A stretch of 64,000 nt of DNA from Macrostomum lignano (taxonomy: Eukaryota), in NCBI GenBank assembly GCA_002269645.1, contig NIVC01002514.1, forward strand, positions 1 through 64,000, read 5' to 3'. Under the pieces are notes generated by a model. The model did not search any database. It was not told the origin of the DNA and worked only from the letters and a program-made list of their open reading frames with translations. Of the stretch, positions 48,121 to 60,000 are shown one piece after another. The number at the start of each line of letters is the position of its first letter. Within the stretch, counting starts at the first letter, position 1. Position numbers and translations under genes: made by a program.

Positions 48121-48966
48121 AACATAGGGGGGTGTTTTTAATACACTATAGTTTTCTTTATTTCAAAGGGATAGTTAAAAAGCGTAAATAACAGAGACAA
48201 ATATATTTAACACAAAACAAAGACAGAAGAAAAAATTTGGGTAGATTTTATTTGAAAAGATACTACTAAATGCCACCACTAAACGCGCAAACCATTTCAC
48301 TTCCGGCGGTACAACAGCAAAAAAACCATGGTGCGAAAAAAATTAATGTATTTTAAGAATGTTTTCATATTAAAAAATAAGCACAAACGGACAAAAAATT
48401 CAATGTGGAAGACAAAACAACTGTCAGAACAATGGCAAAAGAAAGAAATTTAGAATTTTTGTTAAAAATTTAAAGCAGCAATGATATGGTTAATAGAATG
48501 GAAAAACTGGAGCTTGAATGAAGGCAAAATGAAGACAATCAGCGCACGATTCTGCTTTTTTTCAAAAACAAAAATAAGTTTAAATAACAAAAATTGTGTT
48601 TGTACTTATTAAAGCGCTATAAATACTACTTATAGCATTCAGATAAACTTGAATGCGCTACGCTTTTAATGCAATAAGGCAAGTATAGATATTATTCAAG
48701 TGTAGAAAGTTCAAAACTTTAGAATGTAGTGCTATTAATAAAAAAGATTCTTCAAAATGCACTTTTAAACCTGTTATGCATGATTAAATCAACAATAAAT
48801 CGACTACAATATTATTACAGATTACTATAAAACTAGCAACAGAAAGTTTCCTTATGGAGTCCTTGGTCAAGGGCTGAATTAGCACGCGTATGTACGTGTA
48901 TTTTTTGATAATTTTGCAAATCTGCACAGTGACTTAAGCGCTTAGGCAATTTTTTTAACTCCTTAT

Positions 48967-49195
48967 TGCACGCTTGTGTCAGTGTGTATCAATCAAACTT
49001 GCACGCTTGTGTCAGTGTGTATCAATCAAACTTGCACGCTTGTGTCAGTGTGTATCAATCAAACTTGCACGCTTGTGTCAGTGTGTATAAATCAAACTTG
49101 CACGCTTGTGTCAGTGTGTATAAATCAAACTTGCACGCTTGTGTCAGTGTGTGCCAATCAAACTTGCACGCTTGTGTTGTGCCAGTGTGTATCAA
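48967..49195. repeat. 33-bp minisatellite GCACGCTTGTGTCAGTGTGTATCAATCAAACTT (about 7 units)
   Basis: Downstream of the 458-aa ORF. Confidence 0.95.
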
Positions 49196-49311
49196 AAGTA
49201 CTGACAATAGATTTTAAATTTTTATGAGCATATGTCGTGCGCGCTTTATAAGGCATCCCGTTATTGACATGTTTGTAACCCAATCCGACTTCATTGCCAG
49301 TTGATCATAGA

Positions 49312-50688
49312 TTATAAATCGGCTAATTCAAAACTGGCGCCAGCGGAGAGGCCGAAGAATTGCGATTTATCACCACCAATGTTATTATTATTATCGAAAA
49401 AGGAGTCGCCCAAAATAGCTGGCACACTGCCAAGAGAGGAGGCACCAGCTGAAGAGTTTAAATTATCGTATTCGCTGCTCGGTTGGCAGACGCTCAATTC
49501 GACTAAGGAAAAGTCTGCCGCCTCACCCTGCTGGCAGGTGGGATACTGCGGCTCAATCTCGGCTGAAGGTTGAATAATTGTTTCAGCATTAGTTAGTTGC
49601 TGATTCGGCAACCACACCTGTCGCCTATCAGCCTGTTGTTCCCCAGTCAAAAACATTGACTGTTCGTTAAAGAATACTTGCTGCTGGCTCAACTGTTCAG
49701 ATCCATAGTAGCCAGCCACTAAACTAGAACTTTGACTGGTGCCGTAACCCGAATCGAGGCGGGCATCTATCTGGCATTGTTTCAGGTACTGCTGAGCCTG
49801 CTCCTCCTGCTGCTGCTGAGACGGCTGTGGCGATGGCTTAACCAGTAGTATTTCAGACGATCGATTAGCGTTAGTATTGAAATCTGGTTTCCAATCGTCT
49901 GTGCAAACAAAATTAGATTGCTGATGAGGATGATGACGGCCCGGCTGACTAGCAGCGCCAGAATTATAGCTAGGCTGCTGATAAGTCACCGACTGCAGAT
50001 TCAGCATTGAACAACTGGAGGACTGTTCGTTAGTAGTTAAGAATCCTGCCTGCTCGCAAGATACCAACAGTACGGGAAATTGTCCAATGATGTAATACTC
50101 CTGCTGTTGAAGTGGTGCGCAGCTGCTCTCTGCAGCAGTTTCTTTAACTAATTGGCAATCCGGACTAATAGCAGCGCTACACAATTCTTGATCGGCACTG
50201 TCGGTTAAATCAATCACTGATTGGTTCAAGTCAATATTGGCACAGTCTTCGTCAACATGCTCAGCCTCGCCTTCAGCTGAATTAAAAGCGATATTGCCGC
50301 CTAGCTCTGATCGCCAAGTTCCTGAACTATAATTAACAAAATGCAACCGACGCCCACGACCTCTGCCGGAACTTTTGGTGAACCAGTAGCTACCATTGAC
50401 ACCACTATTAGCTGATTGCTCCGGTGACTCAAACTCTAAACGTGACGTCAGGGCGCTGTACACAACAGGCGAAGGTGACGGTGTTGACAAAGCTGCACTA
50501 TAATTCAAGCTTCTAGGGGTGACAGTGGAAGTTTTACTACCGCGACCTCCACGATGGCCACCTCGAGTGCTGCTGCCTTTGCTGGCAGGACTAGCTAGCA
50601 TCATTTCTAGCCTAGGCAATGGTGCTGCATTGAACTGACTATCAATGGAAGATGCCCAGCTATAGTCTAGCTCCATTTCAGAAAACAT
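49312..50688 (-). CDS. Hypothetical 458-aa S/Q-rich low-complexity protein, single open frame
   Basis: 1377-nt uninterrupted non-repetitive ORF between AT-rich flanks; composition resembles other exons here (poly-Q, poly-S); no domain recognised. Confidence 0.55.
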   Translation of the reverse strand: MFSEMELDYSWASSIDSQFNAAPLPRLEMMLASPASKGSSTRGGHRGGRGSKTSTVTPRSLNYSAALSTPSPSPVVYSALTSRLEFESPEQSANSGVNGSYWFTKSSGRGRGRRLHFVNYSSGTWRSELGGNIAFNSAEGEAEHVDEDCANIDLNQSVIDLTDSADQELCSAAISPDCQLVKETAAESSCAPLQQQEYYIIGQFPVLLVSCEQAGFLTTNEQSSSCSMLNLQSVTYQQPSYNSGAASQPGRHHPHQQSNFVCTDDWKPDFNTNANRSSEILLVKPSPQPSQQQQEEQAQQYLKQCQIDARLDSGYGTSQSSSLVAGYYGSEQLSQQQVFFNEQSMFLTGEQQADRRQVWLPNQQLTNAETIIQPSAEIEPQYPTCQQGEAADFSLVELSVCQPSSEYDNLNSSAGASSLGSVPAILGDSFFDNNNNIGGDKSQFFGLSAGASFELADL

Positions 50689-53199
50689 ACTGCCGCGTAT
50701 GCCTCTAATTAAGTGTCAGATAGACAGACAAGGCTGCAAATGATGTAACATAACAAGTTTTTAAAGCTTTTTTTGAATAGATTTGCATGAATAATTTTTG
50801 CTCCTTGCTTATTGGGCGCCCCGAAGGGGGGAACTAGATTGCAGGTTAGCTACTATACTTAAAATGAGTAAAATCAGCAATATTGTAAATTAAAATAGCC
50901 AACACAAATGCATAATTTTAGCAACACATAGGGCCTATACATCTTACACTATTGTTACTATAACTTTTTAAAAGTACTTTATACTAGTTATTAAATTTAT
51001 CGCAAGCTTGAAATAAATATGATAGTTCGCAGTGTTTCCTATAGCCAGCATTAGCAACCTAGCAACTAGAGTATGGTATATTAATCACTTGTTTTAGGCT
51101 TTTGAGAACCACATTTAGCTCTTCTTTAGCAAGCCAGACAGAAAATGGCAGGCTTAAACTGCCATTGTCTATTAACACTTTTTTTTGCTGCCATGCTTTC
51201 CACCAATAGCTTTTGTTTCATATTCCAACTACAATTGTTAGTGCTGATAGACTATTTTGTGATTGACTTGCAAATGCTAGATCTTAGCCCCCAGACCACA
51301 GCCACCTGCCCCTCCTCTCTAGTTTGTGAGTGTCTATGTATAAGAGCTCATTAGCTTTTGCATGTTTATCTCGAATTGTTCATCCTATGGCCAGATTGTC
51401 TAGCATTGCCCATTGGAAATCTACTTGAACTTGGTGCTATATTTTAATTTGCCTTGGCTTACTATAATCATTTGTCTCCATTTTGTGTACTACTTACTAT
51501 TTTCGTCTCCATCGCTATCATTCTAGCTTTTTCTGCCCATTATGTTATTTGTGCCTGCAACTTTTTCCTATATATTATTGCCCTTTTGTTCTACTTCCTA
51601 GCCTAGTACAATTCTCTGCTCTTATTGATTTAATTTGTATGAGTAACTTAAGTTATTATGTTACTTAGTACTCTTGTTACCTAAGTAGTAAAAGTAGGCT
51701 TTTTGCAATTAGAGTTTGATGATTTTCTCAATTTGAAGATTTTAAACAGGTCAAAGAATGTTGGCAAGCATTTTCTCATTTATACAAGATACCATCTGTA
51801 TAGACTCCCATTTTTCTCAAAATAACATAAGATCCTACTTAAAATAATATATAAAAACCTCAATTCATATTGGTTGGGTCTGCAATGTTTGCTTATGTTT
51901 GCCAGCTAACATTTGCTAGTTGATGTTTTCTAGCCAGACATTTGCCAGTTGGACATTTTCAAGTGGCAATTAGTTACAGAATTATGCCCTCTCTAGGCTT
52001 ATATGTACTTGCCTTTGACAACTGCAGACATAACACCAATCTAATACCACATTCTCTCTACTATTGCTAATAAATTAAAATATACAGGTTGCTAGCAAAC
52101 TAATACTTACTAGAATGCTCTTTGTCTTCTTGATATTTTGGGTATATTTTAGTAATAGGTACCAAAGCAACTATTATAACCAAAACTGTCTAAACTAGTA
52201 ATAACAAAAGATAGTAAGGTTTGCTAGCTAACAAAAAGTCAATCAGTGAAAAATTTTGATACTGAAATATTTGCAATTTAGTGGTTTGAAAAAAAAACTA
52301 TTTTAGTCTACCTTTGATGGTTTATGATGCATAAAAGTTCTAAAACAAAATTTAGATAAATTATGCAGTCAACTAGTCTAACATCTAGCATCTAGTTTAA
52401 CAAAGATTTCTTTGAATGATAAAATATTACAAAGTTTACTTCTGACAGTTTTGTATGGCTTTTCCCAGTTTAAGCGCAAAAGAAGATATACCAATTACAA
52501 GGGAAATCTCTAGCAAGCCAAGTTTTGAAGCAAATAAAAGAGCTTGCTAAATGGTAATCTTGGCTTATAGATCAATATTTCTTAGTTCATTAGGAAATCC
52601 AAAAGTACATAAATAATTATAATGCAGCTTGTCAAGTGCATGCTATCATGCTATCATGGCCAAACTTCATTAAGCAGAGTTTAAAACTGAACAAATTTTC
52701 AAAATAGCTTTTAGACACTTTAGATAAGTAAACATTACAAGTTATCTGATTGGTTGTTATTTTTGTCTTTTGATTAAAAAGGCTTGATTTTGGCGTAAGT
52801 GTATGTACTAGCCTGTACTCATTGTTTAGTGTACATAATATTTGCCTATTTCTGTATGCATAATAATATTGATAAATAATTTTGTATAGTTCTTACTATG
52901 ATTTACATGCAAAAAATAGTTAAATAGTAGCCACATTAAACTTAAGCAAAAATAAAAAACCATTTTATTTTTGTTTTACTACATAAAACATTAGCAATAA
53001 TTACTTTTTGTTATAAATGCATCCCTAGGACCCTATATATAAGCAAATTTCACCCCAAATAAATCAGTTTTTTTGTTCTTACCCAAAAACTTGCATTCAC
53101 ATTCTCAGACCTTTAAAAATCTTTGGAAAGGAGTTATCAAGTTAGTTATTCAGTTATAATTTCAAAGTGCTAAGAAATATACTTAAGACATATAAGCAT

Positions 53200-54400
53200 C
53201 CCCTGTGACAAATTGGTGGCATAACAGTAGAATTTATAAAGACAAAGGAAAACACCCCATTACAACTTGGTGTCAACAATGGGAATTTTAATAGAGAAGT
53301 TACCCCTGCAACATAAGAAGATGTTATATACCTTTACAAACATGCAAGCTAAGGCTGCTTCAACCTAGCATTTACTAGCAAATATCATTGCAGATCATGT
53401 TAGCTAAGCTGCCTAAAGCTGCTAGGGTTGCACTGCAAAAAAGGCATCAATGAAAATGATCCAAAATGTAAAAAAAACTACTTCGAAAGTGCCTGTTTAG
53501 CTAAACAATCTAATAGACCCAGTGATTCCACCTGAATTTCATGAGCACATGGGTCAATCATTTTTATTCTTTGACTCTAAGCTAGGTATTAATTGAATTC
53601 TAGTATTTAGATACCAAGAAAATTTGTAGGCTCTACTAGAGGCAATCAACTTCTACTTAGATGGCACCTTTGATGCTTTGCTAACACTTTTTGCACAATT
53701 GCTAGCTATACATGTGGAGCATCATAGGTTTGTTTAGCCACTTATCTTTCCTTGCTCCCTGGCAAAACCTAAGACAGTTCCTACCATTTCTTGAGGTCCC
53801 ACATCAACTAGCACCAAACATTCAGCATTTTTATACGAGATTTTGATTTGAAAAAGTCCAGATAACTGCCATTTGGTAGATTTTCAACCTGGAACCAACA
53901 AGTTGTCTAATTTCATTTGGGCCAATACATCTATTACAAGGCCATGTCTAGTAGTCTTAAACAAAAATTAGAACAGGTTGATAGTTTTAACTGTCCTTGT
54001 GGCTACACAGCCTGATTGCTTTAGCATTTTTACTTATTGGAGCAATCATAGCCTCATTTGAGACATTTGTTGCACTTCCTTATTTTTTTACTTAGTTACA
54101 ACTAATTCCTTTTTTTGAAAACATTTAGATTGGCAAAATACTTTAAGATGGAAATAAGTGGCTACCAATTTTCTCATTTCTATCTAGAATATATGGCAGA
54201 GGACTCTAGATAGCCAACACTGAGCCAATAACTCAGTTGAGGCTTAGTACCAACATTTTCAATCAGTTGCTACAATGCTTAAATCCAAATATTTTTTTTA
54301 ATTGCTTCTGTGTCTGATGGAGTAAGATTACCAAAACTGGCAAATCCAACTTAATATCAATTACAAGTACTATGCAACTTTTGTGCCATTGCCAACTAAC
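53200..54400 (+). pseudogene. Decayed MULE (Mutator-like) transposase
   Basis: Translation from 53522: VIPPEFHEHMGQSFLFFDSKLGIN*ILVFRYQENL*ALLEAINFYLDGTFDALLTLFAQLLAIH (DGTF catalytic motif). Later ANNSVEA*YQHFQ resembles TNNxxExWH. Multiple stops and frameshifts. Confidence 0.75.
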
Positions 54401-56304
54401 TACTTGTGAAATATATTATTGTTTTCGTATTGACTTGAATGTTAAGACACTTTGGGTATTAGTTTAGATAGTTTTGGTTACATGATAACAACAAAAAAAT
54501 CACAATGACAGGGATCCCAATCTAATCAATCAGTTTCAATTTTAATCAATCTATTTCAATAAAAATAAATAAATAAATTATTTATTTATATAGAAAATTA
54601 AAATGTTATTGTTTTTTATTTTGTTTACAAACAAAATAAGTATCATTTACTTCTATATACTTTGTTATACTATATATCAATTGGGCCCTATATGAGCTAT
54701 ACAACTATAATAAACTTGTTAACACAGTTGACAAATAAAAAGTTAACTAGTTTACCCAGATCTATTACCAAAGTGTCTAATTACTATAACTGCCAATTGC
54801 AATAATTGCTAATGTCTTGTTACCAAAGTGAATAATAGTAATAGCTATATAGAAATAGATGTATTTACACTTTTTGGTTCCTATGCTTTTTGGTGCCTAA
54901 ATTATATAAATTAGAATTGGACACAAAAATATAGAAATTGAGCCCTAATTTAACAATAAATGCTTTGTCTTGACAATACTTGTTAACTTTAGAAATTTAA
55001 GTTTATTATTCAGTTTGTTAAGCTGAACTAGTTTTTAAATATAAAAATAGTTTAGTTTCATTTAATTTTTTTCTTTTGATTTGATTTCTCTAGAAATATA
55101 AAACTAAGATTATGTGATTTAAGAAATCAATACAAAAATAGACTAGTCATATGGATTTCAATCAAAACTATATATAGCAATGTTGATAGATTTTATTTTT
55201 ACATAATTAAATTTTTATAATTTATAATAATATACATTGCTAGGTGTAGCCTTGTATTTGTATATATAAGATATGGCAAATGTATGCAATTTTATTAATC
55301 AGATTTTTCAAAACTTAAAAAACATGCCAGTTTAACAAAATGGATACTGCTTTCATCAGGAAATTTAAACATTTTATAAATTATTAATTATATTTATTTT
55401 AAGATTACTTTTTTATTTTGGCATCACTAACTTTGAGGCAATAATGTAATTGAGGCAAGAAGAAAAAGAAGAAAGCAATTTAAGGCACTAAAATTCCGGG
55501 CTTCAAAAAGCATAGAAACCTAAATAGATAATATAGTCTCTTACCATTAATTAAGGCCATAGATAGGCAGCAGGCTATAGGCCTACTTATTTATGTTAGC
55601 CTAGCCTAGGTAATATAAAAACAAAGTAGTTAAAATAAGCATTTCAAATCCATGGGCAAAACATATAACAATAGTATAGTTCTTCAGTGAGGGTCTTTTC
55701 ACTTGCTAAGATAGGTGGTCTACATAGTCTTAAAAAAATAAATTTGAATAAAAAGCATTTTTGTAAAGAATTGGCTACCTTTGCTTTGCAATACAATTAT
55801 AAAGTAAATCAAAAAGTTCTCAATTTTTGAAGCCCTCTATTTTTTATAAAATGAAGTATTTAAAGTTAAAGTATATGTATTAGTACTAGGCCTAACTATT
55901 ATAGCATTGTAGCAAAAATTTAATTTGGATTGCTCTATATCAGTTAATACATTCGCTTTTTTATATCTTGACTCTGCGCTCATGGCTTAACTTAAAGAAA
56001 ATCTATAGGCACTATAGGGCCTAGTTTTATCTTTACAAACTGCAAGAAATTTCTGTCTTACCCAATATCTAGGCCTAACAAATATAAACTAGAAAAAAAT
56101 TTCTTTTTTTACTTTTTATAGAGAGATAAATAGACCTGACCCTGGGAATAGGATAGGGCAAGGCGGCTACTCCTATATATGGATTTTATTAGGCCTAGGC
56201 CTAAAAAGAAGGCAGAGCACACACAATGTGCCTACTATATCACAATACATCATAACATTCATATGCACTGGTGGACTCACAAAAACAGTAAAAAGTCACT
56301 TGAT

Positions 56305-56445
56305 TTCTATTTATTGCAGCCAGGATTCACATTACAGGGGGGGGGGGGGGTGGCAGCAAGAGACATAAATCCATCTCAAATGCTACTGGAAACGATAGAA
56401 GGAAAATATAAAGGCAGTAAAAATCCCCCTTTGGCTACGCCCCTG
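56305..56445. mobile_element. Degenerate hAT-like MITE
   Basis: Right end GGCTACGCCCCTG (reverse complement CAGGGGCGTAGCC); left end eroded (GCAGCCAGG); internal G-run. Confidence 0.35.
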
Positions 56446-57008
56446 GTATCAAATTATCATTCACTATAGTACATAACATTTAGGTTTTTAAGTCTTTACT
56501 TGTGCACAAGTATTTTTTTTCTTTTAAGTTTACTATTGGTCGGAGTGCTATATTCTCAGATATTATAGGCCTAATGATATTTATTAGATCTACACATTGC
56601 CCTGCGACCGGCGTTCAAGAAATTGGCAGCCAAATTCAGACACACAAACATCGCATATCGCGCTCGTCGCAGTCCACGCGCAAACGTAAACAATAGCTTT
56701 TTTTGAAAAGTTTTATTAAACTTTAAAATAAATTCAGAGTAAATTTCTTTTTTAGCAGTGTAACTTTAGCTTACATCTTATCGTTTTAAAAGCCATATTA
56801 AAAATTATTTGTTTGACCTAAGGCATGACTCGGGACGTAGTTTAATTTAAGAAGTGCCAGATGAAATTGCGCAATACACTCCACTTCACTTAATGTTATT
56901 TAATTATCAACAGTAAAGCAACCGGCCGATTTTGTTTACGTATTTAATATCAAATTAAAGTTTCTGACAGCCTTATTTTTAACTGCTTTTGACTGATTGT
57001 TAGTGACG

Positions 57009-60000
57009 ATGCCGAAGAATAAAGGTATGATATGAATCTATTAATCCCATTTTTCTACTCAAACTTTTATTAGGCCCCTAGGCAATCATTATCAATTACA
57101 CTATCATTTTTAAATTCTAAATTTTGTCTGTCGGTAGTCATTCACTATTAATTTATTAGGTATTTGATTTTATCTCTTTGCTGTAAGTTATTTATCTTAT
57201 GTTAAAATTGTCAATGTGCCGTGTGGATACGAAGAGCTTGCGTGCACGGCCACCGTTCACGTAAGCTTAGAATTGTGTGCGCGGCAGAGCTATATCTTAT
57301 AGGCTTATACAGTAAGTCATATACTATTCGAATTAATATTCAAGTTAACAAAAAAACAATGAATTAAGATTACATTTGCAGTCCATGGTGTACGGGGGAT
57401 AAAACATTATAAAACAATATAGTAAAAATATTTTTTAATTAGGTTTGCCAATGCCAATGCGTGGATTTAAGGGCCCCAGTCCCGGCCAATTGCCGGCTGC
57501 CATGCACGCAATTACAACACTAGGTGTACGGCTGCATACATGCAAATAAAGCACTAGGTAGATAGCCGCCGTGCATGCAATTCTGAGCTTACATGAACGG
57601 CTGCCGTGCACGCAAGCTCTTCGGTGCGGATAAGCAGAAAATTATCCCCACAGTACCGTTGGAATAAGACAGAAATTATTCCTACGGTACCGTGGGGATA
57701 AGCACTGCCTTTTCATTATTCATAATGTAGAATAAACTCTAGTTCTTTTGCCCCTAGACTGTTTTATCCATAATCTGTTTGCCCATAAACCAGTTTGTCT
57801 ATAGGCATTTTGGTCTAAATGGTGTTTATGCCATAGTCCAGAAGGTGGCTTTTAAACCAGAAAATTCAGGCATATTTTTGCCATCATTGACAATCTTGGC
57901 ATACTGCATACACTTGGTGTATAGAATTTTCAGGTTCAACATGAGGTGTACACAGTTGGCATACAAAAGATAAGCCAAGTTCAGGGCTATTGTAATTGTG
58001 TAGTTAAATATTAACCAACAAACAATTTTTTATTAAAATTGGGAACTAAAAAATATTAATGCAATTTACAAAAAATGAAGATTAAAGCAATGTCAAATTA
58101 TATTAGGCCTAGATTTTAGCAAAAAATACTCCTTGAAACACCACACTCCGGATCATGTAGTATATGCCCGAAAATTCGGGCGTGCATTCCATAGTCAGGA
58201 AGGTGGCAAGTGCATGCAAGAATCAATTTATGGAAAAATCCTTGGTGCACGCCAATGTACGCCAATTTTTTAAAACCCTTAACATGACGTTTCTGTTGCA
58301 CGCCAAAAATCTTGAATACCAAAAATCATGTATGCCGAAAATTGTGTATACCAAAATCCTGTATGCCAAAAGTGGTTACACCGTCTGTTTACCCTACAGT
58401 AAATTGTAAAAAATAAATTGTCAATAGACTATTTATTCTACGTTGACAATGTATTTGCATTCTTGATTTGAATATTAACCGTATTAGATACTATTTTTAA
58501 ATAAATTTTCTACTTACGTTAAACAAAGTTTATATAAAAAAAGGAAATTCGCTACAAAGAACATAGTGAGTATCAAAAACTTTCTCTTCACATTTCAAGA
58601 AACAAATAAACTAAAAGTCTACAAGAGTCACAAAATAAGAGCGTTTAAAAGTTATTGGATATTTTAATTTTAATATAGGCTGTAGAGTGTAGGCATGGCT
58701 GTAGGCTAGGCTGTAGCCTCAACTAGTTGGTTTAATCAATATTCAAATTCAATTGTTCACGTTTAACTTTATATATTGTATATATATAGTGTATACATCT
58801 ATATCTGACTTGTTGATATACTGTCAGTTTGTAATTGCACGCCAAAGTTACATGCCAAGTAAAAAACTTGTACGCTGAAAATTTAGGCGTGGCTTGAGAC
58901 CCCTATTTGCATGCCAACTTTGCACATCAAAATTTTAGCGTGGCTTGTGCACGCGGGAAAATTCCCGCATGCAGGCCACCTTCCTGAGTATGGCGTGCAT
59001 TGGCCTTGCATGCCAAAATTAGGCGTGCATGCATAGTTGGCATGCATCACTCCTAAGAAAAAAGTATGCGTGCACACCTGGCGTGAACTTTATAGAATCA
59101 TGCGTAAGAGTTATTGTAAAATAGAAAAAAGATAAAAAAAAGTTCATTTTTAGGTGCAAATTTCAAGCTTTCCGGTTTTTTCCAGCTCATAAAAGAGTAT
59201 TTAAACAAATCTTTGCGTGTATAAACTTTTCGCTGTAAATAGTATTGCCCAAAAAGCCTTAAAAGCAACAAAATTATCTAATAATAAGGGTCTATTACGC
59301 AATTGAAAAAAGGTCTTTTATTGTCACAACGTAAAAAGGTCATTTATCGTCGCAACACTGGCATATTTTTGAGAATGGGTGTGCACTAATTTTTTCGGCG
59401 TGTATTTGTAATTATTCAATTTTTTTTCGGACATGCACCCAACATGATCTGGACTATGGTTGTAACATTTAGTACAACTGTTATGTTTTTTTTAAATATG
59501 TTCTTAAAAAATGGCATATAAACAACTTTGAGCTTGGCGTAAAAAATTTTTAGAGCCTAATTTTGTCAATGTAAAATTAAAAAACCATAAATTTTTATAT
59601 TGGCATATGCCTGCCATGATCCAGACTATGGTACTAGCAATCTTTGCCCCCCATTTGGGGACATCTGTATACAATCTCTGTTCTCTACAAATAACAAAAA
59701 GATAGCGAAATAAAGCCTTCACAAAGAAAACAGACAAAATACTCACATGAAGTGCAATGCAAAATAAATCATCCCAAAACAAAAAGCATCCCCCAGATAG
59801 CAAGCATCCCCCAGATTGCAAGCATCCCCTAGATAGCGAGCATTCCCTAGATAGCAAGCATCCCCCAGATAGCGAGCATTCCCTAGATAGCAAGCATCCC
59901 CAAGATAGATAGCATCCCCAAATAGCAAGCATCCACCAGACAATAAGTAGCTAGTGCGACAATTTCCTTAGCATTATAGCGGCTCCTTTAAAATTCGCTT

